From contig JBAYVE010000001.1 of NCBI GenBank assembly GCA_041674765.1, positions 70,177-134,176 of the forward strand: 64,000 nt of DNA, read 5' to 3'. The position numbers and the translations under genes were made by a program. The notes beneath the pieces are model-generated. The model was not told the origin of the DNA. It worked only from the letters and a program-made list of their open reading frames with translations, and did not search any database. Of this stretch, positions 20,182 through 30,464 are shown piece by piece (within the stretch, counting starts at the first letter, position 1; the number at the start of each line of letters is the position of its first letter). The stretch comes from Patescibacteria group bacterium (GTDB taxonomy: Bacteria; Patescibacteriota; UBA1384; XYA2-FULL-43-10; 1-14-0-10-43-13).

Positions 20182-21345
20182 ATGAAAACTTTATTTACTT
20201 CTGAGTCGGTAACTGAGGGCCATCCTGACAAAATGGCGGATCAGATCTCTGATGCCATATTGGATGATCTTTTGAGTAAAGATTCCAAGTCCAGGGTTGC
20301 TGTTGAGACATTACTTACAAATGGCGTCTGTGTGGTCGCCGGGGAAGTGACGACAAATGCCTATTCAGATATGGCGAAAGTTGCCAGAAATATAATAAAG
20401 GAGATCGGCTATGATGGTTGCGGGTTTCATCATGCCACCAGCGGTGTTTTGACCGCGATAAAGGAGCAGTCTTCGGATATCGCCCAGGGAGTCGATAGCT
20501 TCGTCAAGGATGAAGGTGGAAAAATCGTTAAGGAAGACATTAAAAATATCGGCGCCGGAGATCAGGGCTTAATGTTTGGTTTTGCCTGCGATGAAACACC
20601 TGAGTTGATGCCTTTGCCAATTATTTTGGCTCAGAGACTCTGCCAGCGACTAGCGGAGGTTAGAAAAAAGAATATTATCAAAGGCTTGTTCCCCGACGGT
20701 AAATCTCAAGTTACGGTTGAATACAACGATGGTAAGCCTGAACGTATTCATACTGTATTGATTGCGGCGCAACATGAAGAGAAAAAGGCACAGAGTCAGC
20801 TTAAAAAAGAGATTACTGAAAAAGTGATCAAACCTGTTCTCAAAGATTATGGCTATAAAATTGATAGTAAGACCCTGATTTATATAAATACGACCGGTAA
20901 ATTTGTTATCGGCGGACCCGAAGGCGATACCGGACTTACCGGAAGAAAAATTATTGTTGACACTTATGGAGGCTATGCCCGTCATGGCGGAGGCGCTTTT
21001 TCCGGCAAAGATCCTTCAAAAGTCGACCGAAGTGGCGCTTATGCGGCACGTTGGGTTGCCAAAAGTATAGTAGCGTCAGGACTCGCAGAGAAGTGTGAAT
21101 TTCAGTTAGCCTATGCGATAGGTAAACCAGAGCCACTATCACTTTATGTCAACACTTATGGCACAGGCAAAAAAACTGATGAGGATATTATTGAATTGAT
21201 AAAACAAAATTTTGATCTGCGTCCCGGTGCAATAATCGAGGATCTAAAACTGCGACGCCCTATCTACCGACAGGTTGCAGCTTACGGCCATTTTGGCCGG
21301 CCAGAACTTGATTTGCCATGGGAAAAGGTTAAAAAGCTTAAATAA
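20182..21345 (+). CDS. metK: S-adenosylmethionine synthetase
   Basis: [22 protein letters not shown] and [26 protein letters not shown] signatures. 387 aa. Confidence 0.9.
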   Translation: MKTLFTSESVTEGHPDKMADQISDAILDDLLSKDSKSRVAVETLLTNGVCVVAGEVTTNAYSDMAKVARNIIKEIGYDGCGFHHATSGVLTAIKEQSSDIAQGVDSFVKDEGGKIVKEDIKNIGAGDQGLMFGFACDETPELMPLPIILAQRLCQRLAEVRKKNIIKGLFPDGKSQVTVEYNDGKPERIHTVLIAAQHEEKKAQSQLKKEITEKVIKPVLKDYGYKIDSKTLIYINTTGKFVIGGPEGDTGLTGRKIIVDTYGGYARHGGGAFSGKDPSKVDRSGAYAARWVAKSIVASGLAEKCEFQLAYAIGKPEPLSLYVNTYGTGKKTDEDIIELIKQNFDLRPGAIIEDLKLRRPIYRQVAAYGHFGRPELDLPWEKVKKLK

Positions 21346-21377
21346 GGAACTTTAAGCTAACGCTTACTGCTAATCAT

Positions 21378-22268
21378 ATGAAGTTGATAATAACTGGTTC
21401 GATAGGTCTTGATGATGTGAAAACTCCGTTTGGGGAGGTAGAAAAAGCTCTCGGCGGGAGCGGTGTTTATGCTTCAGCGGCTGCTTCTTTTTTTGAGAAA
21501 CCAGGTTTTGTGGGAATTATGGGCACGGAAATGCCGGCAAAACATTTAGAGTTGATGAAACGGTTCGATCTAAGAGGTGTCGAAGTAAAGGGAGAGACTT
21601 TCCGCTGGAAGGGGTTTTATGAGTACGACATGAACGAGGCAAAGACATTAGAGACAAAGCTTAATTCTCTTGCTGATTTTAACCCCATTCTTCCAGATGA
21701 TTATAGAAAAGCCAATTTTTTGTTTCTTGGAAATACCGATACGGATATTCAGTTAAATATAATTGATCAGATGGAGGGCAAGCCTTTTATTGTCCTAGAT
21801 ACTATGAATTTCTGGATCACTAGTAAACGTGAGAAATTACTTAGAGCTATCGCAAAAGTTAATTTAGTCGTTATGAATGAAGGGGAAGCGAGACAATTAT
21901 TTGATACACCAAACCTAATTAAGGCTGGAAAAATGCTTTTGGAGCTTGGACCGGAGTATGCGGTGATTAAAAAAGGAGAGCACGGTGCTCTACTCTTTGG
22001 TTATAACAGATTCTTCTCAGCGCCGGGGTACCCTCTGGAAGAGGTTAAAGATCCGACAGGAGCAGGTGATTCATTTGCTGGAGGTTTGATCGGTTATCTC
22101 GCCAAGACGGATGATATATCTTGGGAAAATCTCCGCAAGGCGGTCATTTATGGGAGCACCATTGCCTCTTTCTGCGCTGAAGATTTTAGTCTAAATTATT
22201 TAAATAAAATTAATCATAGAGAGATAGAGGAGCGTTATAATGTCTTTACCCAAATTAGAGAATTCTAA
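21378..22268 (+). CDS. PfkB-family carbohydrate/nucleoside kinase (adenosine-kinase candidate by context)
   Basis: [17 protein letters not shown] (PfkB signature 2). Sits between metK and ahcY. Confidence 0.6.
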   Translation: MKLIITGSIGLDDVKTPFGEVEKALGGSGVYASAAASFFEKPGFVGIMGTEMPAKHLELMKRFDLRGVEVKGETFRWKGFYEYDMNEAKTLETKLNSLADFNPILPDDYRKANFLFLGNTDTDIQLNIIDQMEGKPFIVLDTMNFWITSKREKLLRAIAKVNLVVMNEGEARQLFDTPNLIKAGKMLLELGPEYAVIKKGEHGALLFGYNRFFSAPGYPLEEVKDPTGAGDSFAGGLIGYLAKTDDISWENLRKAVIYGSTIASFCAEDFSLNYLNKINHREIEERYNVFTQIREF

Positions 22269-23559
22269 ATATCGAATCAAGGATATTGCGTTAGCCGATT
22301 GGGGACGTAAAGAGATAGTCTTAGCAGAAAAAGAGATGCCAGGTTTGATGGCTCTAAGAGATAAGTATGGCATGACGAAACCGTTAAAGGGAGCAAGAAT
22401 TGCTGGCTGTCTTCATATGACGATTCAAACAGCTGTTCTAATCGAAACTTTGATAGAGCTAGGCGCTGAAGTCCGGTGGAGTAGCTGTAATATTTATTCA
22501 ACACAGGATCATGCTGCTGCGGCAATTGCCAAGGCTGGCATTGCTGTTTTTGCCTGGAAAGGTGAGACGGAAGAGGAATATTGGTGGTGTGTCGAGCAAT
22601 CTTTGAAATTTGATGGCGGCAAAGGCCCTAATATGCTCTTAGATGATGGCGGCGATCTGACTTTGCTTGTCAACGATAAATATCCGAAACTTGCCGATGA
22701 TATCATCGGAGTTTCAGAGGAAACGACTACTGGTGTTCACCGTCTGTATCAGATGATGGCAAAGGGAACGCTGAAAATTCCTGCAATCAATGTAAATGAT
22801 TCGGTCACCAAATCTAAGTTTGATAATAAATATGGTTGTCGGGAGAGTTTGGCTGATGGCATCAAGAGAGCAACGGATATTATGCTGGCAGGTAAAGTTG
22901 TGGTGATTGCTGGCTTTGGTGATGTTGGTAAGGGTTGTGCTCAGAGCATGCAAGGTTATGGCGCGAGAGTACTTGTTACTGAAATCGATCCGATAAACGC
23001 CTTGCAAGCCGCCATGGAAGGTTTTCAAGTGGTAACTATGGAGGAAGCGGCTTCGGTTGGTGATATATTTGTCACAGCAACCGGTTGTTGCGATGTTATA
23101 TGCGGTGAGCACATGGAAAAGATGAAGGATGCTGCTATCGTCTGCAATATCGGCCATTTTGATAGTGAAATCGATGTTAAATGGCTCGAAGAACAGGCGC
23201 ATATCCATGAAGAGAATATTCAGCCTCAAGTCGATAAATTTGTTTGGGATAGCGGTAAATGTCTCATTCTTCTGTCACGCGGCCGCCTGGTGAATTTAGG
23301 CAATGCCCATGGTCATCCCAGTTTTGTGATGAGCAGCTCATTCACAAATCAGTGTTTGGCTCAAATTGCACTCTTTACCGAAAGTGAAAAGTATCAAAGA
23401 GGACAAGTCTATACTTTGCCGAAGGAATTGGATGAAGAGGTTGCCAGGCTTCATTTAAAGAAAATTGGAGTTCACTTAACAACTCTTACCAAAAAACAGT
23501 CAAAATATTTAGGTATTCCGGCCAAAGGTCCATTCAAACCGGATCACTATCGTTATTAG
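22240..23559 (+). CDS. ahcY: Adenosylhomocysteinase (S-adenosyl-L-homocysteine hydrolase)
   Basis: [29 protein letters not shown]-terminus, [23 protein letters not shown] motif and a C-terminal PFKPDHYRY tail. Confidence 0.9.
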   Translation: MSLPKLENSKYRIKDIALADWGRKEIVLAEKEMPGLMALRDKYGMTKPLKGARIAGCLHMTIQTAVLIETLIELGAEVRWSSCNIYSTQDHAAAAIAKAGIAVFAWKGETEEEYWWCVEQSLKFDGGKGPNMLLDDGGDLTLLVNDKYPKLADDIIGVSEETTTGVHRLYQMMAKGTLKIPAINVNDSVTKSKFDNKYGCRESLADGIKRATDIMLAGKVVVIAGFGDVGKGCAQSMQGYGARVLVTEIDPINALQAAMEGFQVVTMEEAASVGDIFVTATGCCDVICGEHMEKMKDAAIVCNIGHFDSEIDVKWLEEQAHIHEENIQPQVDKFVWDSGKCLILLSRGRLVNLGNAHGHPSFVMSSSFTNQCLAQIALFTESEKYQRGQVYTLPKELDEEVARLHLKKIGVHLTTLTKKQSKYLGIPAKGPFKPDHYRY

Positions 23560-23576
23560 TTTCCTTACAGATCATC

Positions 23577-25208
23577 TTAAAAATTATTGGGGTGTATGAT
23601 TTTGAACAGGTAAACATCGTTGATTGGACTTTGGCTATGTTTTACTAGTATAAGATTTTCTAGACTAGTGTATATTTCAGGACTGTCTGTTCTAACGTGA
23701 CTTGGTAACCAGCCAAGCTGAGTTGACATTATTAGGTAATCCCGCTCGGGATATATTCCCTGACAATTGATACCATCAAAGCAATAGTCCTCCCGAAATC
23801 CTGGTAAGAGTTTGGGGGCATAGAAGTTGAAACTTTGCATCAAAACCTTTTCGGGATTGATATTTTCTGCCTTGATGAATGCAAAAATTTCCATGTCAGC
23901 AGAGGTGGCTCTGATCATTGGCTCATATGCTTTTGCGCTGATTATTCTTTGTTTTACAGGGAGAAATAAAGCGATTACAAATATTGTTAGTAGGAGTATT
24001 TTAAAAGAAAAGATCTTTTTATTATCTTGTGCCAGATAGCCTAATAAAACTCCGGCAGAAATGGCGAGGGGGAGAGTCATATCTCTGGCTAGTCTGTCGG
24101 GATTACTCAAGAAGGTCATTCTTGATCCGATAAAAAGGATGATTGCCCAGATATAGATAAAAATGAAAGTAAAAAGCCAATTTTTGTCCTTTGTTCTGAA
24201 AAGTATGATCGGAAAGGCCAGAAACCCTAGCACCAATATTAATAAGGAGATTGTTCCAAAGTTTGAGATGAAATCACCAGGGATTTTCCAGGCTACCGAC
24301 TTGGCCGTTGCCACAATCTCAAAAAAAGGATAAGAACTTCCGAAATGAATCATCGTGGAGGCTAAACTTTTGGCTGAAGTAAAAAGAGAAGTATTCAGAA
24401 ACACAAAGGCGAGTCCGGATATCAAAGTGAAATAAATCAGAAATAAAAGGAGTCCTCTTTTCCATTGCCAGCGGCGGAAAATCCAAAAAGATACCAAGAC
24501 AACAGGCCAGGCGACTGTCCCGATTGCGAGGAGATAGAAGGTCGTAAAATGATGCGTCAGGGGAATTAGAAGTAGAATTAGAATCGATAAAGTTAGTAGC
24601 CACATCCTATATTTCGATCTCGATTTGATGAAAAAGGTTAAAAATGCAAGACCCAATGGCAATAGAAATTGTGCTGCTAACAGATTTGGGTAGCTACCAT
24701 CATTTATAGTTTGGACCGGAAGTCTTGTCGCAAACGAATAAATAAAAAAAGCAGCAGTTCCTGCTTCAATACCAAGAATTGAATATGCAAGCAGGAAAAC
24801 GGCAAGAGAACACAGAATTAATATTCCAGGGTAACTCCACTTGATTATGTCGAGTGGATCGGCCTGAAAAATCTCTGCTGCTTTTGCAACCATGAAGTGA
24901 TAGGCAGGTGGGTACCCCCCACGTTGTAGGATTGAAAAGACGCTCTCTTTTTGCTCGAAGATATTATTTGCTGCAAGGAAATGATTCATGGGATCGTCCC
25001 CTGGAGGTACAAGATATTGATAATGTGCTAATCCATAATATTGGATCCAAACTAGGGCGATAAAGGCGAGCCCGAAGAAAGACCACCATAAAAATTTTGA
25101 GCTAACTTTTGGCATTTGTTTTCTCCTTTTGAGCGATTGATTGAATTGAATCTTTGGTAATAATTTTGAAACAATATGCCAGAAATAGGTAGAAAGAAAT
25201 GACAACAA
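23577..25208 (-). CDS. Hypothetical polytopic membrane protein (possible GT-C-like glycosyltransferase or polymerase)
   Basis: 543 aa, mostly TM helices. Adjacent to a Wzx-like flippase. Its N-terminal ~35 codons overlap the upstream ORF, so the real start is probably internal. Confidence 0.35.
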   Translation of the reverse strand: MLSFLSTYFWHIVSKLLPKIQFNQSLKRRKQMPKVSSKFLWWSFFGLAFIALVWIQYYGLAHYQYLVPPGDDPMNHFLAANNIFEQKESVFSILQRGGYPPAYHFMVAKAAEIFQADPLDIIKWSYPGILILCSLAVFLLAYSILGIEAGTAAFFIYSFATRLPVQTINDGSYPNLLAAQFLLPLGLAFLTFFIKSRSKYRMWLLTLSILILLLIPLTHHFTTFYLLAIGTVAWPVVLVSFWIFRRWQWKRGLLLFLIYFTLISGLAFVFLNTSLFTSAKSLASTMIHFGSSYPFFEIVATAKSVAWKIPGDFISNFGTISLLILVLGFLAFPIILFRTKDKNWLFTFIFIYIWAIILFIGSRMTFLSNPDRLARDMTLPLAISAGVLLGYLAQDNKKIFSFKILLLTIFVIALFLPVKQRIISAKAYEPMIRATSADMEIFAFIKAENINPEKVLMQSFNFYAPKLLPGFREDYCFDGINCQGIYPERDYLIMSTQLGWLPSHVRTDSPEIYTSLENLILVKHSQSPINDVYLFKIIHPNNF

Positions 25209-26547
25209 AGGAAAGGATTAGAAAATGGAGAGGTAAAAAAGTCTTCAATACAATTGCCAAAACTACGGATAAAAAGGATATGAGGCAGATTCTCAAAATC
25301 ATCATATAGTCCAATCGGTATTTAATTATTTTCTTAGTATAATGATAATCAATAACCAAAAGAACTATCTGAGATAAAAAAGTGCCATATGCTCCGCCCA
25401 TAAAAGAATATTTGGGAATCAAGATCAGGTTGCACACAAAGTTGAAGAGAAGGATAAAAACCGAAATACGAAGGAGTAGTTTGCGCTCATCAGCAGCAAT
25501 CAATATTTCAGCTAGCAATATATCAATATAAATTATTGGTAAAGTAAACGCAAGGAAAACTAACGCTCTGCTGCCCGAAATAAAACTTTCATTACTCAAA
25601 AAGATGATAATCTCTCGAGAAAAAACAAAAGAAATAATCGAGATAGGTAAACCGAGGAAGAGCATTACTGAAATAGATTTCGAGACCAGCCCTTTCAAAT
25701 AGTTTTTATCTTTCTCTATATGCGACGATATGATGGGCTTTAAGGAGCTCGCAAAATAAGAGCCGAAGAAAATAGAAACCTCTAGTATTTTATACGCTAC
25801 TGAATAGATTCCTACAGCTGCCGCTCCTTTGATAACAAATAGCATAAGGGTATCAAGCTTGAAGAAGAGGTTGCTGATGATAAAAACAACCCCGATCGGC
25901 CAGGCCATATTAAATATCCAATCGGCGATTTTTTTGTTATAGCTGATGCCAAACTTGGTGAAGCGGGTAGAGAACAACCACTTGAAGAGGAATATCATCA
26001 AACCGGAGAGGGCGATCGTCGACATAATTAAGAGAAAATTACCATGGAAACGAATGACTATAATTAGCGCAATAATCGAGATTATCTTACTCAGAAATTC
26101 GGCTAGGGCTGAGAACTGCATTTTCAGACGGTATTGCAAGATAATATCATAAACGCTACCAAGCAAATTAAAAAAGAGAAAACCGCAAGCGATTATCGTC
26201 CCAAAAACAATATTATTGTCGCCTCTATATTTGGAGAGAAGAATAATCAGTATTGCTATCAGGCAAGCGGCTAAGGCGCTGATAATTCTGATCACTAGAA
26301 CATTGGCCAATATTTTTTTTTCGGAATCTGGATTTTTGGCGATTTCCCGCACTGTCACAGAGAAGAGACCGAGGTCGGCGATAACGATGAAGAAATTTAC
26401 ATAGGTCGTTATAGTGTTATATTCTCCAACGCCGTCGACACCCAGATAATTTGTAAGCAGTTTTATGGAAATCAAAGTAAAGCCCAGCGTCACTAGCCGG
26501 ACTAATATTTGGGAAGCGGTATTTATGAAGACAGTTCTTCGATTCAT
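25102..26547 (-). CDS. MOP-superfamily flippase (Wzx / polysaccharide biosynthesis protein family)
   Basis: FINTASQILVRLVTLGFTLISIKLLTNYLGVDGVGEYN N-terminus, typical of the PST family. 481 aa with ~14 TM helices. Confidence 0.65.
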   Translation of the reverse strand: MNRRTVFINTASQILVRLVTLGFTLISIKLLTNYLGVDGVGEYNTITTYVNFFIVIADLGLFSVTVREIAKNPDSEKKILANVLVIRIISALAACLIAILIILLSKYRGDNNIVFGTIIACGFLFFNLLGSVYDIILQYRLKMQFSALAEFLSKIISIIALIIVIRFHGNFLLIMSTIALSGLMIFLFKWLFSTRFTKFGISYNKKIADWIFNMAWPIGVVFIISNLFFKLDTLMLFVIKGAAAVGIYSVAYKILEVSIFFGSYFASSLKPIISSHIEKDKNYLKGLVSKSISVMLFLGLPISIISFVFSREIIIFLSNESFISGSRALVFLAFTLPIIYIDILLAEILIAADERKLLLRISVFILLFNFVCNLILIPKYSFMGGAYGTFLSQIVLLVIDYHYTKKIIKYRLDYMMILRICLISFLSVVLAIVLKTFLPLHFLILSFVVISFYLFLAYCFKIITKDSIQSIAQKEKTNAKS

Positions 26548-26563
26548 TGGTTGATAGACCTGC

Positions 26564-27865
26564 CTAATTGTTTATTTTTATACTTCTTGCTAATTTGACC
26601 ATTTCTTTTCTTCGGAGAAAATAAAGTACAAGAACGCCAATTCCGATTATCAAGATTATACCGCCGAGTATTCCGGATAGAATAGGGTAATTGATTTTTT
26701 CATACCATTTCTTCTCCGGAATTATTGGGGGGTTCGTGTCTTCTTCTGTGAGCATCGTTACTGTCCCACCTTTGGCCTGAGAGACTTCAAAGATTACAGG
26801 GTCGCTAACTGGTGTCAATAATTTGTTATCTTGCCCCTGTATAGTAAGTCTATAGAACCCGGACTTGATCGGAAAATCAACCAAAAATTCGAATTTCCCA
26901 TCCAAGCCAGCCTTGACGGACATTAGTTTGTTCTCGGGCAATGTAGGCGACGGATCCAGCTTGATATTGGCCATATAGTTTGGTTCGGTATAGCCGGAAA
27001 TTAATAATCCTGAAACTGTGCCGTCTTTAATATTGTTGGTAAAGGGATCGGACTTTCTTGCATTTATATCATGTGGTTTCTGCAGTTGTTCCTGAATTTT
27101 CGGATCCGGTTCTTTGATCGTAACCTTAAAATGGGTTGTTTCTCCCCAACCGTCTCCATTTAGCGCTCTAATATGAAAATAATAAGTTCCGATTGCTTGG
27201 TTATCATATGTTATTGATGTACTTGAGTTTGTTGCGCTTGCTGGTGGGACAGTTTCTGCCGCTTGATCCAGAAGATACGAAAATCCAGTCACCCCGGATG
27301 GCTTATCCCAAGACAATTCAATGGTTGTAATTTCATAAGATACAGTTGGATCTGGATGACTGCTGGAAGCGACAGTGATGCTACCAGGAGGCGTAGGCCT
27401 ACGCTGGATGCTAAAAGAGACGCTACCTCCGTTTGTGCCGACTATCGGACCTTTATTGGCTAACTGAACGCCAGAAACGGAAATGGAGCCGGAACCAGTT
27501 GAAGCTGCTTTGACGGTCAGGGTAGCAATTTTAAAAGAACTGGTTGCAGTGGTTAGGGCTCCTGCAAAACTACCGGCGCCTGTCGGTTTGGTCACCCATA
27601 ATGCGTCTCCTGCATTACAGCCAACGATCTTGAGTGAGCCGGAAGATGAAATTGTGCCGCTAAAGGCATTGAATGTCGCCCCTGATGCCATCACGCTAAC
27701 AGAAAATTGATCGCCGACATATTTCGGACTGCCTCCGGAGACGGAGATGCCCGCGGCAAGTGCCGGTTCTGGAAACCAAAGGGATGATAACGATAAGAGT
27801 ATTACCCCCATAAAAATTTTCTTCATATGCTCCTTTAAAATTACGAATGATGAATTATGAATCAC
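26564..27865 (-). CDS. Cell-surface protein: signal peptide, Ser/Thr/Gly-rich beta-rich (FN3/Ig-like) region and C-terminal TM anchor
   Basis: N-terminal MKKIFMGVILLSLSSLWFPEPALAAG, C-terminal ILSGILGGIILIIGIGVLVLYFLRRKE, and an FN3-like segment (FSYLLDQAAETVPPASATNSSTSITYDNQAIGTYYFHIRALNGDGWG). Confidence 0.45.
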   Translation of the reverse strand: MIHNSSFVILKEHMKKIFMGVILLSLSSLWFPEPALAAGISVSGGSPKYVGDQFSVSVMASGATFNAFSGTISSSGSLKIVGCNAGDALWVTKPTGAGSFAGALTTATSSFKIATLTVKAASTGSGSISVSGVQLANKGPIVGTNGGSVSFSIQRRPTPPGSITVASSSHPDPTVSYEITTIELSWDKPSGVTGFSYLLDQAAETVPPASATNSSTSITYDNQAIGTYYFHIRALNGDGWGETTHFKVTIKEPDPKIQEQLQKPHDINARKSDPFTNNIKDGTVSGLLISGYTEPNYMANIKLDPSPTLPENKLMSVKAGLDGKFEFLVDFPIKSGFYRLTIQGQDNKLLTPVSDPVIFEVSQAKGGTVTMLTEEDTNPPIIPEKKWYEKINYPILSGILGGIILIIGIGVLVLYFLRRKEMVKLARSIKINN

Positions 27866-27929
27866 GGAGCAAAGGTTGGTTCTCAGCTCTTCCTTGTTCT
27901 TGATTCTTAATTCTTAATCCTAATTTTAC

Positions 27930-29072
27930 TTAACTCCCCCAATAGCCAGCCAATATTGATAAATCCTGGACATTTATTTTATGCCCAACTTCACCTGTTA
28001 GGTTTGCTAGCGGCTCCTCCGGGTTAATTTGATCCCAATATGCGGCGAAAATAGAGAGGTCCTGAAGATCAGTACCTCCATCGCCATTTACATCACCAGG
28101 CTTATGTATAACTATGGTAATTGATTTTTGGGCTAAAACTTTGCCGGCGCTGTCAGTGTAGTCGATTGTATAGCTGTTTGTGCCAAAGGCTAGTCCGCTT
28201 AATTCGAGTTTCCAGTCTTTGGATCCTATTTCCCCGAGTACGGTACTGCTACCATGTAATACAGCCCTGGAGTCAGTCCTTTTCAGCCCTGAAACTTTTT
28301 GATTTGAATTGTAAGTCTTGAGCGTAAAGTTGACTGTATCGTTGGCATCAGAATCAGCGGTAATGGTAAACCAGCCGGTATAGAGATTATAAAAATTAAA
28401 AGCGCTATCAAAAACATGGGGAGTATAGCGATAAATCGAAGCCGTAGCAGCATTGGTGAAAGTAACAGCATATTTGCCGTCAACGTTGTTCATGGTTTGG
28501 CCAACCTGAAAATCCAGGCCTTTGCCTTGGGCTCTTTCTGCATTGTAGCGTAACTGCCAGGCTGCCCATTCGACCTGATTGGTGAAGCCAAAATAATGAG
28601 AACTACATGAACTACTATCCGGACAACCATAACCCATTGCGATATCGAGCCGGTTCTCGTTTCTGGATCCTAACGTAATCAAACTTTGTTCTTTCTGAAG
28701 CATAACCAAAAGTACTTTGGGGCTCACAGTCCCTGTTGATTCGTTCAAAGTCACTCCGTTTAAGGTATCTCCAAGCCAGGTGTCATATGGGGATTGGGTG
28801 AATTTTTTACCATGGGCGGCATCGTAAATTATTCGTGCCGCGCTTCTGCCTGCCTCAGAGAAATCCTTGAGGTAACTACCATTATTGACTAAAAATTGTT
28901 GGATAGCGGCCTCGGACATAGAGCCGACATCGGTAAAATCTCTATTGGAAATCAAATTATTATAAATTTTATTGTTGATAAAATAATCGGAGGACACAGC
29001 GGCACTCGCAGTTTGCAGATTTCCCGAGAAAGTAATCGCCAGAGTTATCATAATAAGCAACAATTTCTTCAT
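27930..29072 (-). CDS. Secreted protein with C-terminal dockerin-like calcium-binding repeat pair
   Basis: Signal peptide MKKLLLIMITLAITFSGNLQTASA. The C-terminal DVNGDGGTDLQDLSIFAAYW ... INVQDLSILAGYW matches the dockerin type-I DxNxDGxxxxxD plus hydrophobic-helix pattern. Confidence 0.45.
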   Translation of the reverse strand: MKKLLLIMITLAITFSGNLQTASAAVSSDYFINNKIYNNLISNRDFTDVGSMSEAAIQQFLVNNGSYLKDFSEAGRSAARIIYDAAHGKKFTQSPYDTWLGDTLNGVTLNESTGTVSPKVLLVMLQKEQSLITLGSRNENRLDIAMGYGCPDSSSCSSHYFGFTNQVEWAAWQLRYNAERAQGKGLDFQVGQTMNNVDGKYAVTFTNAATASIYRYTPHVFDSAFNFYNLYTGWFTITADSDANDTVNFTLKTYNSNQKVSGLKRTDSRAVLHGSSTVLGEIGSKDWKLELSGLAFGTNSYTIDYTDSAGKVLAQKSITIVIHKPGDVNGDGGTDLQDLSIFAAYWDQINPEEPLANLTGEVGHKINVQDLSILAGYWGS

Positions 29073-29177
29073 TTTATATTGCGCTTTGTTAATTCTAATA
29101 CGTTTATATTATATCATTGGGGGGTGAATGATTAAAAGACCTGTAACCTATATTGGAAAAGATAGGAACTTTTTTGT

Positions 29178-30464
29178 ATGATGGAGCTAATGCTAAAAAA
29201 AATTGAGCTGATTATTTTTTCGTTACTCCTGTTGGCACTTCCCTTTGAAAGAGCCCTCACCTTTGAATTTATGGGGTTTACTATGAAACCGCCATATTTT
29301 TTGGCTATTGCCCTGTTGGTCATTTTCTTATGGCAAATCATCTTTCTTGAGAAAAAAGTAAGACTTCAAAAGGAAGAAATTTTTCTCTACGCCTTTGTCT
29401 TGTGGTCATTTGCAACCGTTTTCTGGTCGATCGAACAAAGGCATACAGTGATCGTAAGTAGCATGTTCCTGTTTATGGCGTTCCTATACTCCACTGTTAA
29501 AAGACTCAATTTAAATTTCACCCATCAGGAGAAGTATCTTCAAATTTTTATTTGGCTTGGTTTGGCAGTATCAATTATTGCAATCTACCAATTTTTTGGT
29601 GACATGTTGGGTCTGCCGCAAAAATATACATTACTCTCAGATTTGTATACCAAAGACCTCTTTGGCTTTCCGCGAGTCCAATCCACCTTCTTTGAACCTG
29701 GTTTTCTGGCAAACTTTTTACTAATTCCTATCTTCTTAAATATCCGCGCAATCATCCACGCCAAAAATAAAATGCATTTCCTCTCCCTTTTTGTGATTGG
29801 GTTAGCTTTTTTTCTGACTTTATCCAGAGGGGGTATTTTTACTCTTGTTGTGGGTCTTGTGACTTTTAGTTTAGGGTTTATTTTTTCTGGCGGGAAGGAA
29901 AAGCCAATTCAGTTTTTGCGTTACTTTGTTACTATTCTATCCTCTCTAGTCTTTGCAGTTCTTTTAATCTTCCTTTTTGCGAGAAGCGAGGGCGCAAAGA
30001 ACTATTTATCGCAGGTAATAAATACAGAGGATGCGAGAGAGGTCAATCACGAATATATCCAGCTGGCTGCTAGAAGTTACACCGTAAGGATCGCTTTGCA
30101 AGAATGGAGGAAGAACCCATTGTTTGGTGTCGGTACTGGCGCTTTCGGAGCGCTGCCAGAATTTGCCACAATCCGTGAACAGGGGAACACCAGGCAAACA
30201 GTTAATAGTCTTTATCCTGAGGTACTAGTCGAGGAAGGGCTGATCGGACTTGGATTGTTCATCGCTTTCTTATTATCCGCTCTTATCTCTTTGAGACGGC
30301 GACTGAAAATGAATTATTTGCTTTATTTAACTTTTTCTTGCATCATTTTCGCTATTTTTTTACAATACATTTCTTTTTCAACTTTATATCTTGTCTATGT
30401 TTGGGTTTTTCTTGGCTTGGCGATGTCTTCTAACCACAACGATAAAGTGTTAAAATCAAGTTAA
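29178..30464 (+). CDS. O-antigen ligase / Wzy-like polymerase family membrane protein (paralog 1)
   Basis: 428 aa polytopic protein with a Wzy_C-like central loop region (FLTLSRGGIFTLVVGLV). Confidence 0.55.
   Translation: MMELMLKKIELIIFSLLLLALPFERALTFEFMGFTMKPPYFLAIALLVIFLWQIIFLEKKVRLQKEEIFLYAFVLWSFATVFWSIEQRHTVIVSSMFLFMAFLYSTVKRLNLNFTHQEKYLQIFIWLGLAVSIIAIYQFFGDMLGLPQKYTLLSDLYTKDLFGFPRVQSTFFEPGFLANFLLIPIFLNIRAIIHAKNKMHFLSLFVIGLAFFLTLSRGGIFTLVVGLVTFSLGFIFSGGKEKPIQFLRYFVTILSSLVFAVLLIFLFARSEGAKNYLSQVINTEDAREVNHEYIQLAARSYTVRIALQEWRKNPLFGVGTGAFGALPEFATIREQGNTRQTVNSLYPEVLVEEGLIGLGLFIAFLLSALISLRRRLKMNYLLYLTFSCIIFAIFLQYISFSTLYLVYVWVFLGLAMSSNHNDKVLKSS

Noticed and set aside
19956-20204. 82-aa ORF covering the metK leader
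   Set aside because: It coincides with the SAM-riboswitch-like segment and terminator. It has no RBS and its amino-acid composition is implausible.
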